Source of the DNA: Tubulanus polymorphus
Lineage: Eukaryota > Animalia > Nemertea
DNA length: 64,000 nucleotides
Assembly: GCF_964204645.1 (NCBI RefSeq)
Contig: NC_134025.1
Location: 10,416,001-10,480,000, forward strand
Direction of reading: 5' to 3'
Shown here: piece by piece, positions 1-19,700 of the stretch
Layout: every line of letters begins with the position of its first letter
Position numbering within the stretch: the stretch's first letter is position 1
Made by a program: the position numbers and the translations under genes
Notes under the pieces: model-generated
What the model was told of the DNA's origin: nothing
Seen by the model: the letters and a program-made list of their open reading frames with translations, nothing else
The model's database searches: none

Positions 1-7736
<7,736 letters not shown>

Positions 7737-7909
7737 TCCGATAAAGTAACTGCATCGAAAACGGGAATTGCCAAGAAAACGCAATATATACAGCATTGCT
7801 CACAGTATTTAAAAAAGTATTTATGATGAGATAGAAATTTACATATTTTAACGTGGTTTTTTAGGTGGATAAGTTGTAGATGTGAATTATTTTAAAGTGA
7901 AGTGGAGTA

Positions 7910-7915
7910 AATAAA
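7910..7915 (+). terminator. Candidate poly(A) signal of the CPS gene
   Basis: AATAAA about 175 bp after the stop codon, followed by a T/GT-rich stretch. Confidence 0.4.
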
Positions 7916-8145
7916 ATATACAGATTTACTGATATTCGAATGTTTTGTCTTACGGTAGAAAAAAGTTTTGTCCGAGTCTAAATGTTTATCTTAGATAGAA
8001 ATTTGGTCTTTCCGAGAAAAAGTTTGTTGGAAAATGTAGCTTTTACACGAATCGTGGTTTTGAAATGAAGAAAGTATATGCTTTTCACAGACAAAATATT
8101 CTCAGAATTATTCACGTTAAATTTTGCATTTGCAATGGTGTCCAA

Positions 8146-8240
8146 GGTCCAGTTCCACAATTCAGAATTAAGATTTAACTCTGAGTTGAACTAACTTTAA
8201 CTCAGAGTTAACTCTAACTCACAACTGTGGAACTGGGTCC
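8146..8240. mobile_element. Short palindromic MITE (CCAGTTCCACA TIR family), copy 1
   Basis: GGTCCAGTTCCACAATT ... AACTGTGGAACTGGGTCC with internal TTAACTC/GAGTTAA repeats; a close inverted copy lies at 15431-15545. Confidence 0.8.
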
Positions 8241-11200
8241 AGGATTGCAAAAAATTTCTATCTAACATCAATCGGCCATTTTGACTGTCGGTGAATTTGG
8301 ACGCGTATAGAGCATGCAGTTTTGGCGGCTGAGGCATGCGAGGATCGGGATTTATGTCTATTAGCATGTTTTGCCACAAAAAAAATGAAGACGAATAAAT
8401 TGGACGTATAGAATTCTCAAGATATGATATAGACTGACGTTACAGGTGTACCGGATGAGACTAATCATCGGATAGATCGCGACCTTAGTTAGGCCAATTG
8501 GCGAATATTTCAATTAGCGCGTATATCTCCCAACGGTCGACGAATTGCCTTGATTTAGGTGGATCTAGGTAAATTCTGCATTTGCAATTCGGTAATAATT
8601 GCATCATATGTTTTGGATATATGAAATTCTTCCGGTTCGTTCGGCTCAGCTTAAATTGGCTCGTTAGGCACCTGATCTACCGATTAATCGGCTAACCAGG
8701 TGAATAGAGATGAAAACAAGAGAATTATCTTCTCAAACATACAAAGGTTAACTAAAAAGTCGAGCGAGTTACCAGTGTTTAGTTCACTTAAGTTATACGC
8801 CAAGAACCGGCAATAGAATAGGCAAAGAACGAGTTAAAATTTTGACTATTATGAATAAGTATGATTCTCCAGAAATACGGTACTGTCGTAATAATGGTAA
8901 TAATAATATCTATTTACATTGAAATTATAACATAATATAGCACGCCTTTTTATAGATATACAATTACATAAAGGCGCCCAAGACTTGTAATAATGGGTCA
9001 ACTCAGCTCAGCGCACCGCTACAATTACCTACGCACCCATATTCACCGAAAAGAACAATGAAATTAAAGAAAGACACTCCACTCCATTATATATGGCGTG
9101 TAAAGTTTAAACTAACCGATAAAGCCAGAAAATATGTTATTTCTAGATTTTTGTTTAAAGTTCCAAGTGATTTAGAAGTTATAATGCGGACATTCAAGAT
9201 ATGTGTCTATTTACGTACCAAACGGTTAACGACTGAAATTTGACGTGCGCATTTGGTGATTTTTACGATCACGGTTTTGACTGTCGGAAAATATATTTTT
9301 TCGGAACGTCGCTTTTTTTAAATTCGTAATACGTGCGCGTGGCGTCTCGGCGCTTACGTGTGCTTTGATGTGCGGTAAAACACACATGGGTCTTTGTGGA
9401 GGCGAATCGCCTTCTCAATGACAAAAGACGTGCGGATACAAACGCAAGAAAACAACGGGGTTTAATGATTAGTCCTGTCTCATAGGTCTCGTACTAACGA
9501 AGCTAATCTCGTAGAGACGAACGTGTCCCCAACAGGTTGAAATAAACACGCCTTTCTGTCACACAGCCACGCATCACTTTTTTTACCCCGGTCGCATATT
9601 CCGGCGAAATCGTCAGCGTCGTCTAATTCATCGTCAAGCCAGTGCGACACCAGAAAGCCGATGTTCAGCATGTAAAAAATGTAATTTCGATTCTATATAT
9701 GACCCGTCTCTCGATAAACTTAATCCAACAAATAATCTATAGTCTATAGTTTATCTATCCTTATTGTATAGTTCAGAACGTCGTTAAAGGGGATAGAGGT
9801 GACAAATATTAAAATGGGAAAATATTAGGGAAACCAGCCGAGGTTTCAGAACAAAATGGCGCGCAAGATCGTCAGCCAAAACGACGCAGTCATTCTCGTT
9901 TTGGTGGCCACGCATTAGCGGAATTGAATCTTATAAATCTCTCATTTGGCGTACCAAAACAGATAAAAAATTTATTTTAGCGTCTCAAAATGTTTTTTTG
10001 GCGTTTGGAATGGAAAATCCCGTTCGCCGAGTTTTTGGCATTTCGGCGCGGTCACTTTCGTTTTTGCGTGCAGAAATTGATTTCCTACTCGTTTTGGTGC
10101 ATGCACAAAAATTAAATCTCGTCTGGGCGGGAAAATGAAAACGACCACACCAAAATGCCAAAACATCCGATTTTGCGATCAAAAATGGATTGTTATTGTG
10201 ATATTTCACCTGTTTTTTTCCAATGTTTTCCACTTCAACACTTTGGCGTTTTTTTCACCAGAGATTTTCACGATGGCCCGAATCAGCCACCATATCGGGT
10301 TTAAGAAAGCCGTTGCCAAATGCGGAACTTAACTAGGACATGTGCTTTAGCAACCAAATCACGTAAAACTCAAAACATTAACGTATTAACAGATCTATCG
10401 GAAACGGATGATTCGATAGTTCATCACGCTGAATAAATACAACGCGTCCGCGTTTCTTCATCGATTTAAGTTTTTATTTTCTGCGCTTGTATAAGATATC
10501 TGTACATCATCTATACACGCTAGCATATCTTATTCGCTTATCACTCAGCGTGTGCTCCGTCTTCGAGACTCGAAACGATGTCGCCAAACAAAACTAATTG
10601 CTCGTTATAATAAATTTGCTAACGAAGAAATCGGAGAGTTTGGTCGATGGGGTTAAGAATACAGATACGTTCGAATAAAAAAGCTTCGACAAATTGGAAC
10701 AATTGACCCGCAACTGCGATGATATTCTTTCGATGTTTTTCGATACGAAAGGTCAATAAAACCGATATTTACCGACTCTGATTTCTGGAGACGTTTCAGA
10801 ATTGAAAAGGTCACGCCCGCAAACTGACAGGATACAGTTGAATACGTGGTCGACGACGAATGTCCATCTCGTATTTTCCGCTATCACGCCGGACAACAAC
10901 GTCGGACCACGCCAAACGGTAAACTTCGTACCAATTTAGCCGACGTTTCGGCTTTCAAACCGAATAACAAGTCTTAGAAATAACTTCTTAATGGGCTTGT
11001 TAAGGACGTTGCAATATGAAACAGGCGGCCGACTGTACGACCAGATTGGCGCAATTACTACAGCGCGCGGGCACCAGTAAAGATGCTAGTTAGACTTGAA
11101 TGCGTTCGGCAGCATAGGTCAATCGCTTTAATGAGCGAATTATATCTAGTCACGCCCAGCATGGCACTATGCAGTCTTAACGACTAACGAGTTTCGAATT

Positions 11201-13487
11201 ATCTCCGACTGTTAATCTATCGGGAAGACATCGGTGTCGATCGAACGACTCTCTGGAACACGCGATACCTTTCAGCATGAGCGGCTTCACGAGATGCCGC
11301 AAAATCGGTGCCGCCACCGTGAAGCCTAAAAAAGAACCCCCGAAATCGTTTATGTGCCACCTCGATGATGGGTAAAGAAAATCAGATAGATTTTCCGTCG
11401 AGATATCTGAAACATTATTTTCTCTGGTTTTCTCTTCGCGTCTATGTGGACGAAACTGTGGACGAAACACCCTCCGACGGGAGACGTGTCGTGGCATCAA
11501 CGCGAGTCGTGTTCGTAGAACTGTCGACTTCATGCCGGGATTCTAACTCGAAGTTAACAATAATGAATATTGGTAGGTTAATGAAGCAAATGATCCTATT
11601 ACGGCATGTCGCTTCGGCTTCGTTATACACGCAACGACACGAGGAATCGCCTAATCAGGACAGTAGGCCGAGATCGTTTTCGCATTAATTGCGGGTTTCC
11701 TTTTCACGGGAGGTTCGACGGCTCGGATATTGGGACCACGGCACCAGACATGGCATTTGTTCCTATTGAAGCTTCCCAGAGAGCATCTGCCAACTCTGAC
11801 GGCGAGTTCGTATCGCTGTAAGAACTAACCGTCTTGTTAGGACTTCATTAACAAGACTTCACGCTGATATCATATGTTATAGAAACTATCCCAATGGCCA
11901 CTGGCAACACTGGCCGACTCCGTTCTCTATCGTGCAAGTTCCGAATCGCCGATTATTTCTTTCTGTACACGTAAGACGCGAGAGATGCTAATGGCCATGG
12001 GTCTAATGAAGCTATTTACCAGAGTCCGCAATTCGTGAGAACATGGTGGGCGTGCCTTCGGCACCAAAAGGCATTGCTTAGCACACATGTTTCTGTTGAA
12101 GTATAAACGACTCGAGCCTTTACAAGTTTGTTCGGTCCATGTCGTATGCAAACATCTTGCTTGTAATGAAACGACATTTTCTATGGCGAGCAAATATGTT
12201 TCCTAACCACGCGAAAAATTATTTGCCATGGACAGACTGCTTTGAGTGTCGATCGAGTATCGGGAAGGGTCCTCTGAGGCGTCGTTGATTGTATCAAACG
12301 GCGTGATGCCCTGGTCAGGATCGGTGCAGCTTTTTTGAGGTTCCTACTGTTAATTGGCGAGCCCTCGGGCTACGCATGTTACCGTGAAATTTCGCAGCGG
12401 TAACGCTCGAATCTCAATCGGGCTGTGTTATGATTTTCAATCGAAAGACACATGTTCGCAATAAAAATAGTCAAAGCGATTATAACGAGATGTTTTTGCA
12501 ATGGAATAAGGCAATATGTTCGGTTTGAAAAGACCGTGTGAAATCTTGAATAAAAATCAATCCAAATCGGGACGGGATATTCAAATCCCGGCATGCGGGG
12601 GGTTTCCACGGATGAGATTATTTCGACCCCCTGTGACCTCGTTCAATTTAGACTGGAATTTTTGTGCGCGCAAACGCCAGTAAGATGATTTCAGTATTGG
12701 AGAAAAACTACGATTACTTTATCTTTCAATATACATATTTTCAATAATAATAATGATATTTTTCTTCGTGATTTACGTACTTATTTGACTGGTTTCGGAG
12801 AAATCGATGACTCTTATTGTAAGTCATTCGAGAGATAGCCTTCAATAGAATTCAAACGCCTATAGACCGCTGCAGCATTTGGAGACTTTGCCGCGCGTTT
12901 TATCAATGTTTGGAATCATTCTATTCGATTGAATCGTGATGCAATCATTTTTTGTATTATTTCCTAACCGGGATGCTACATAGAGAGACGTTTTCCTTTG
13001 TCCACGAGGGTTCGGTTTTGTCGAGATGCGTCTGTTTGTCTGTCCTCTAGCTCCCCGCCACGATGTTCTACATTTGCGTTGTAAATCAGTCATCGAACTC
13101 TGTCGCACAGAACGTTGTACGTTCCGTTTTTGTTAGCCTATTCCCTCTCAATTGGAAGCAATTCAGAAGTGGTAATTTGTATTTTGTCGTCTAGAATATG
13201 TTGCGAAGATTAGTAATTACGTCTTTTGTCGAATAAATACAATTTTGATGCTAATTCCGCCAGCGCGTTTCTTTAAATGGTTCGGACGGTGACAGTTTCT
13301 ATCAGTACGAACCCCGCTGTACCTCGGATTATTCGCTCTTCAATTGAATTAAGCCGTTTCTGTTCGGTAGAAAATAGCGCGCTGCTGGGAAGCCATTTAG
13401 GAATCAGGTTTTCACGCTCGGAGATCGACTGCGCGCGCGAGCCGTCTTAGGATTGGGTTGGCTGAATCGGCCATTACGTAGCGATTT

Positions 13488-13497
13488 TGATTGACAG
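13488..13497 (+). promoter_or_regulatory. PBX-MEIS/PREP (TALE) decamer TGATTGACAG in the Vsx-A proximal upstream region
   Basis: Exact match to the known decamer about 290 bp upstream of ATG 13789, near CCAAT-type boxes (ATTGG about 13452, CCAAT about 13553). Confidence 0.45.
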
Positions 13498-13788
13498 CCG
13501 TGATTTATTCATAAGCAATACCGATGGGAGGAAACAAGAGAACAAACAATAGCCAATTATCATGTACAAGCCAGATACATATCGGACTTAGATTGCAACG
13601 ACCCATAACATCGAGACTAGTTATCCTTACGACTTGTTACTGAGATTCTTTGGTTAGCTTCGCGACGTCGAAAAATTAGCGGGACTCGTCGACAATTAGG
13701 TTCAACTTCAGTGGAACGGTGTGTCGAGCGGTGTACAGTAGTAGTCTATAGTAACTCCAGCGAAAATACGAACGTTACTAAAACAACT

Positions 13789-16700
13789 ATGAATTCAGTT
13801 ATGAACGGCCTGCCGCCGCTGTCTATGGGTAGCTCGCAGAATTTTTTGGGGCCCCAGCAGAGGTATTACGCCTCGGCGCAGCCGATGCAACAGCGGTCGT
13901 CGTTCGCCATACAGGAACTGTTGGGAATCGGACAAAATCAATGCCAAGGCAATATCGGCCCGATGGCAAATACGAACCCGCCGAGTTACGGATTGCAAAG
14001 TTTCGGCAATATGCCGCAAGTCAACGACAATCGAGCGAATTTTTGCAGTGCGGTTTCAGCGGCTACGTCCTATTCGTCATGGAGACCGGGCGGGTTGATG
14101 AGTTTTCCCCGGTTCGACTCGGGTGCTGGAGTAACGGCGATGGGCCTTGGTGGTCAGAACTGGTCGAATGACAACAGAGCGTGCGCTTTGACACCAACAT
14201 CAGGTAATTGGTTTTTTATTCACGCATTTCATCTCTCTCCCTCTAAATCGATAATTAGCGATTATAAGATTGCTTTTTAATTAGGATATTCAACAAAAGT
14301 CGTCCCTCGATTGATTTTTTACATTGATTTTCATTAGCGGAAAATTGACGGTTTTCGTGAATGAATACGAGGAGAATCAATTGAACCAAACCATTCGATG
14401 AAAAACCAAGTGAAGAATATAATCTTCGCAGCATTTTCTTCGCACATAAGAAAATCTTAAAAATTGTCTTAATTAGGGAAAAACATCTAAACATTTCTCA
14501 GGTTTTTTTATAAAACTTTTCGCATTCCGCACAACGCGCAGAATGTTTTCTTGGCTTCGATTTAATCCAATCCCGTACGAAATACTTCATCCATTTCATA
14601 GCGCATTCTTTAACTGTAAAACTTGAAAAGCGATTCCACAATCATCCATTTATGGATTCGAATATTGCGATTTAGATTTAATTTTGCATTTTGTGCAAAC
14701 GGTTCCCTTATTTTCATTTTTACGGGTCAGCCGAGAATTTCCAAAGTAAATTCTTGACGCGGGCATCTTTGTCTTATTTCTATTTTACTATAAACGTAGA
14801 CCATTCATACCACTTGTAGTCAGAGACCGCGACAGCGTGTCTTTCAATTCGTCGATTTCAATATATTTCACAACATTACTTAATTGATAAATAGCTGCGC
14901 ATATATTTATTATCAATTCACCACGTAGTATTGTGGTTATTCGACGAAAAACGACGGTGTTCCTTGTGTCTTCTCATGGACCGGGTCAAAACGCAGACAA
15001 TCTTCCTGCGTCCTCGCCACTTTCTTACATTATTTACGCGTATATAAGATCATAACTACTAATGAGTTTATTCTTCCGATAACCATGTGTCGAACATATT
15101 ATCGGCAAACACGGATTCCTCATTAAATTGATCTAGTGAAAATTCAAGTGGCAACCGCGATCATTATATTGGAGAATAAACACCGCGAAGTAAGTACGAA
15201 CAGAAACCACTCGAGAAATCTTAACCATCTGTTACCGGCAAAAGGAAATCTGCGCAACAACCGCAAAATGACGAAATCGTCGTGACACATTTAACGCTTA
15301 ATTTATCACTTATTCATTTTTGATTGCTCAATTTATATATATATATATCTTATAGCAAGACTCAATAAAAACAAAATATTCCGTCATTAAGTTTACATTT
15401 CAATAAGAAACAATTACATTTATATGATATCATGGACCCAGTTCCACAGTTGTGAGTTAGAGTTAACTCAGAGTTAAAGTTAGTTCATTTTCAATGAGTT
15501 AACTCAGAGTTAAATCTTAATTCGGAATTGTGGAACTGGACCATGTACAATAATAGAAATCTTGGAATTGACAATGAGACTAACATTATTCCAACTAGTT
15601 CGTAATCTATTTCAGCTAGAATTCTCACTTGTTCATTTTTGGAAAAAATCATCCGCACGTAAAGCATTATTTGAACAATTTGTTTGCAAATGTATTTCTA
15701 AGTTCCGTTGAGCGCTGAGATCATTTTTAAAAAGCAAGAATTCATAAAAGAAGACATATCATTAACGACAATACTGTTTCGGAATCTTTCCGTACCAAGT
15801 TCCAAAAGTTAAAATTCATATTCAATCCCGATAGTAAATATGTCAATAATAGTTTGTGGATTTCAACAGGAAATATTTAATTTCAGATAAAATAGCCAAA
15901 TACCTAGCAAAATATTAGCATTATTGTATATGATAGTAACTCATCATCAAAGTGAAAGTTTTCTATCACTGTTTTTTTTTCTACTGAAGCCCGAAGGGGA
16001 TAGAAAAATGAAGCTTTGTATATAAGTTCTATCTTTTCGCAAGAAATCTATAAACTAGAGATACAAAGAGCACTGTGATCTTCATGAGGAGGGAAGGCCC
16101 AGGACCATTCCATCCGCATTAACGATCGAACCAATACTATATGACAAGGTGAATTCGACATTATTATAAAAAGGTTATACCTGTCTTCTATTCTCCTATG
16201 GCAACTTAAGTTACATTTTTTGTTGTAGTGCTGCATGGATGCGCATTAAACCATTTTTAACGCCGTAAAAACCGTTACAGTGATGTTTATATACATTGAT
16301 ACTTATGTGTTATTCAAGGGATTTGTGTGAGTTGATGCGCACTATGTCATCAATATTGGCGTTTCGAAATAACAATTTCAATTGCGAATTTTGGCGCTTA
16401 TTTTGAAATCAAATATATTTCATAATTCTTATTTTCCTTTTGATAAATTTTGATGAGAGGATGTGCACAACGTCATCAATGTATCGGGGCTAGACTGGTT
16501 GCCGGTCAGTTCAATTTAATTATCAACATTCGATTACAAAATTACTTAATTGATTCTTAATATAACCGGATTTATATCATATTATGCATTGTCGACAATA
16601 TCAGGCAATATATGTGTTATTTTTCAAGGTATCAATAAACTTTCAAGTCAGTTTTCTCGTCCATGCACAGATTCAGTGTTGAACGCAACGCGTTGTAAGG

Positions 16701-19700
16701 CGATAAAACAAAGGTTATAGATGATGACAATATTAATGTTAATCGGGCTGATATGGCGATAGTATATCGTATCATCGTTTCGTTCAGACGCGAATCTCTG
16801 CGAGCGCGTCTACATAATATTAGCTTTTAACGAGCAACAAGGCACTGCCAATTGATATTCACAAGCAATGCTTAATTAAATTGTCCTATTTTGCCAATTT
16901 CCGCGTAACGTTATTATTAGCGGCGTTATATACGCGCCGTTATTCGTTTCGCGATCTATTATGATGCCAACCGAGTGGAAGACGATGGCGATCGGTCCGG
17001 AGCGAAATGCATAATTCAAGGGCGGTGGCAGGGGCTCCTCGTGCGCTCCTTCCTCGCGCGCGCGGGGAATATAGTACACAATGCATTCATTAATCAATTA
17101 GCGCGTTATGGTTTAATTCACACCCTGGGAGTTTCTGTCACGAACGAATCAACCGGACCCGACGACGGAAACGCGCTTGAATATACGAGAAATTTCAAAT
17201 CTAAGTTCATGTCCGGTTATTCGAAATTCATTCTTTGCATATTTCTTTGCGATTCATTAAGCGTAGGCCTACCTCGGAATAGATCAGATCAGACGATCCC
17301 TAAATCCTGCAAGCTCGTGCGTCAAATAGATAGTTAACATATTATAGTACTACTTGTCTCGTTATCTATTCTACACCCGGTTAACACGGCTACTCTAAGA
17401 ATCTTTAAATCCTTTCATTAAAGCAGATTGATATGTATATGTCTTCGAATGACCTCAAACATAAATATACTAAAATTCTTATTTGTAAGAAATCTGAAAA
17501 GGTCTCCACGTTATCTTTGACTAAAAATGTTCGACAGTTCGATAGATCCTCTCGTCTTTTATCATTAAGGAGTTACTAATTTGCTTGTGTTGTTCATTCG
17601 ATTCAAATTAATAACACGGATACCAAGCGATAAACGATTATAGGCTGCCAATGATAATTGTCTGCATTGCTTTTGAGTGGGAAGATATTTTTCATAAGAG
17701 GCACATCAACGATATTAATAGCATGCTCAGAAACAAGGGCCGGCAATTATTGTTAATTAATGTTAACTAAATAGTTGCGTAATCTGTAGTCGCGTCTCCG
17801 CGGGGATTGGAATTGTGTCAGGTGCTCTATAGCAGGTAAATTCGCATTGGTAACGGAAACGCTTAAAGTAGGTGTAGGCGGGGAAGTGAAATCGGTGACC
17901 ATTCAATTAAGCCGATGTCAAAATTGCGGTTCAATTCGTGGCTTAATTAAGAGATAATTAGAAAATGATTTTCTCAGCGTGAATCCGTAAATATTGTTGA
18001 GTAACTCTGACACATAAATTGGGTGTCGATTCTCGTCGTGTTTAACGGTCACGCGGTGCTATTTCGACGAAGAGATGTTTTTCGGAACCCGGATGTCGAA
18101 TCCGTTCGGAATCGGGAAATCATAAGTAATATTTCATCGGCGATAAGATCTTCGATACATCGGTCAGGGGTGTAATTTGGAAGTACCAATTCGGCGGTAT
18201 CCAGCAGTTCGCGGACTCGGTTACCAACCGACATTCTACCCACCTCCCTGTTCCATCGAAAGAACAGCACTCAGCAAACGTTTTCATTGCCGATAAAGCC
18301 GCATTCTTATCCGAGGAAAGCATTTATCTCGCATAGCTTATCGCTGATATCTCGGTTTAAATTAGATGCTAGGTCGAGATAACAGAAAAGATGTTATGAA
18401 AAGATACTCAATAGCCCGAGTCGCATACCAGGACTTGCTCATGTATTATATGATGCCGAGGTGGGTTCCCCGGCAAAAGAAAATCATCCGTGTATTATAC
18501 ACGATATTCTCGTTTTTGTATATGTATGTATACACACGTTAAAACACGACCATAGTTCTAACATCAGTCTCATCGAATAGGTTTGAAATTACCATTATGA
18601 TAGAACGCAGTAGAGTTTGAATATAAAAAAAACATTCGAAATTTGAACTCTTTTTATTGTTAATATGCTTTGTCGCGACGTCTTGTTCCATTCCATATGT
18701 CGATGAATAAGAAACGTAATTTCGTTTAAATTCGACGGACTAGTCATACGGTGTGTCAGTTCAATCGCATCTCTCTTCGACAACGCTATACGAGATGCAC
18801 TTCTAAATATACAATGATTTCACTACAAAAAAAGGTCTCATAGAATGTCAGTTTACCGTGGTGATGATTTGCGAAATAGTCTTTGCTATAACAGTAGCTG
18901 TCATTCGACACTCAAACGATTGTCACGAATAATCTTAATAGCTATTTCATATAGAGCATGCGGACCAGGCAGGCTAGCGCTGTTATTATGTTACGCTGAT
19001 TGTATTATGCTTTTTTCCTACTCCAAAAATCTGTTTGTTCGACTAACAATCGAAAAATGTGTATTTCGACAAAAGAAACGATGACTTAACAACAACGCAT
19101 TTTGAACGAAATGCTTCATAATTCGTCGCATAACAAAATACTAAATGTTGAGTAGCGAAATACTCCGCGCTATTATACACAGACACTGTGTAGTAGCTTT
19201 CTTAGCAAATTGGTTGTCTAGGTTGTTGTAAGAGACTTAGATTTTTGAATAAATAACTTGTCGACCTCCTCTCGGCGATTTTGTTACTTTTTCAGTTCTA
19301 GTATCCACGCACGTGGAACGAAAAGTTAAGCCGCTACACGAGCGATTCCGTTTTAATTCGCTAAATCGGCTTAGCGGCGGCTGGTAGCACTTACGGGATG
19401 AGTGAGAAAAGAAAACGGTGCGCACACACTCGCCGGCGACTGTAATAACCATCGTTCTCCATCACCTATCAAATAATCACCACTTTCGTGGCATGACCAG
19501 GATTAGCGAACTGACAGACGATCGTGTCAGGTTATGATGTCATAAACTATAACATTGCGTGTTAGTATTTTCGCACTCGCTAATGATGATTATCGCCGAA
19601 ACGACGAAATCGGTCTTTATATTTGACGGCCAATTTAATTAGAAGAACGTTCAACTGTAAAACGGACACTTTATTGATAGAAAATTACTTAACGAGAATT

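Noticed and set aside
9840-9880. Second possible hammerhead (minus strand CUGACGA...GAAAC)
   Set aside because: The intervening sequence cannot form stem II and stem I pairing is poor.
9970-10330. Overlapping short ORFs and a TTTTGGC/GCCAAAA-rich stretch
   Set aside because: No recognisable protein. It may be a repeat remnant, but I found no second copy or clear termini.
11177-12193. Cluster of 60-118 aa ORFs on both strands
   Set aside because: No domain or splice support; the CpG-rich patch makes chance ORFs likely.
13711-13788. GTG/TTG-initiated N-terminal extensions in the ORF track for Vsx-A (also 34720 for B)
   Set aside because: These come from prokaryote-style start calling; the first in-frame ATGs (13789, 34804) were used.
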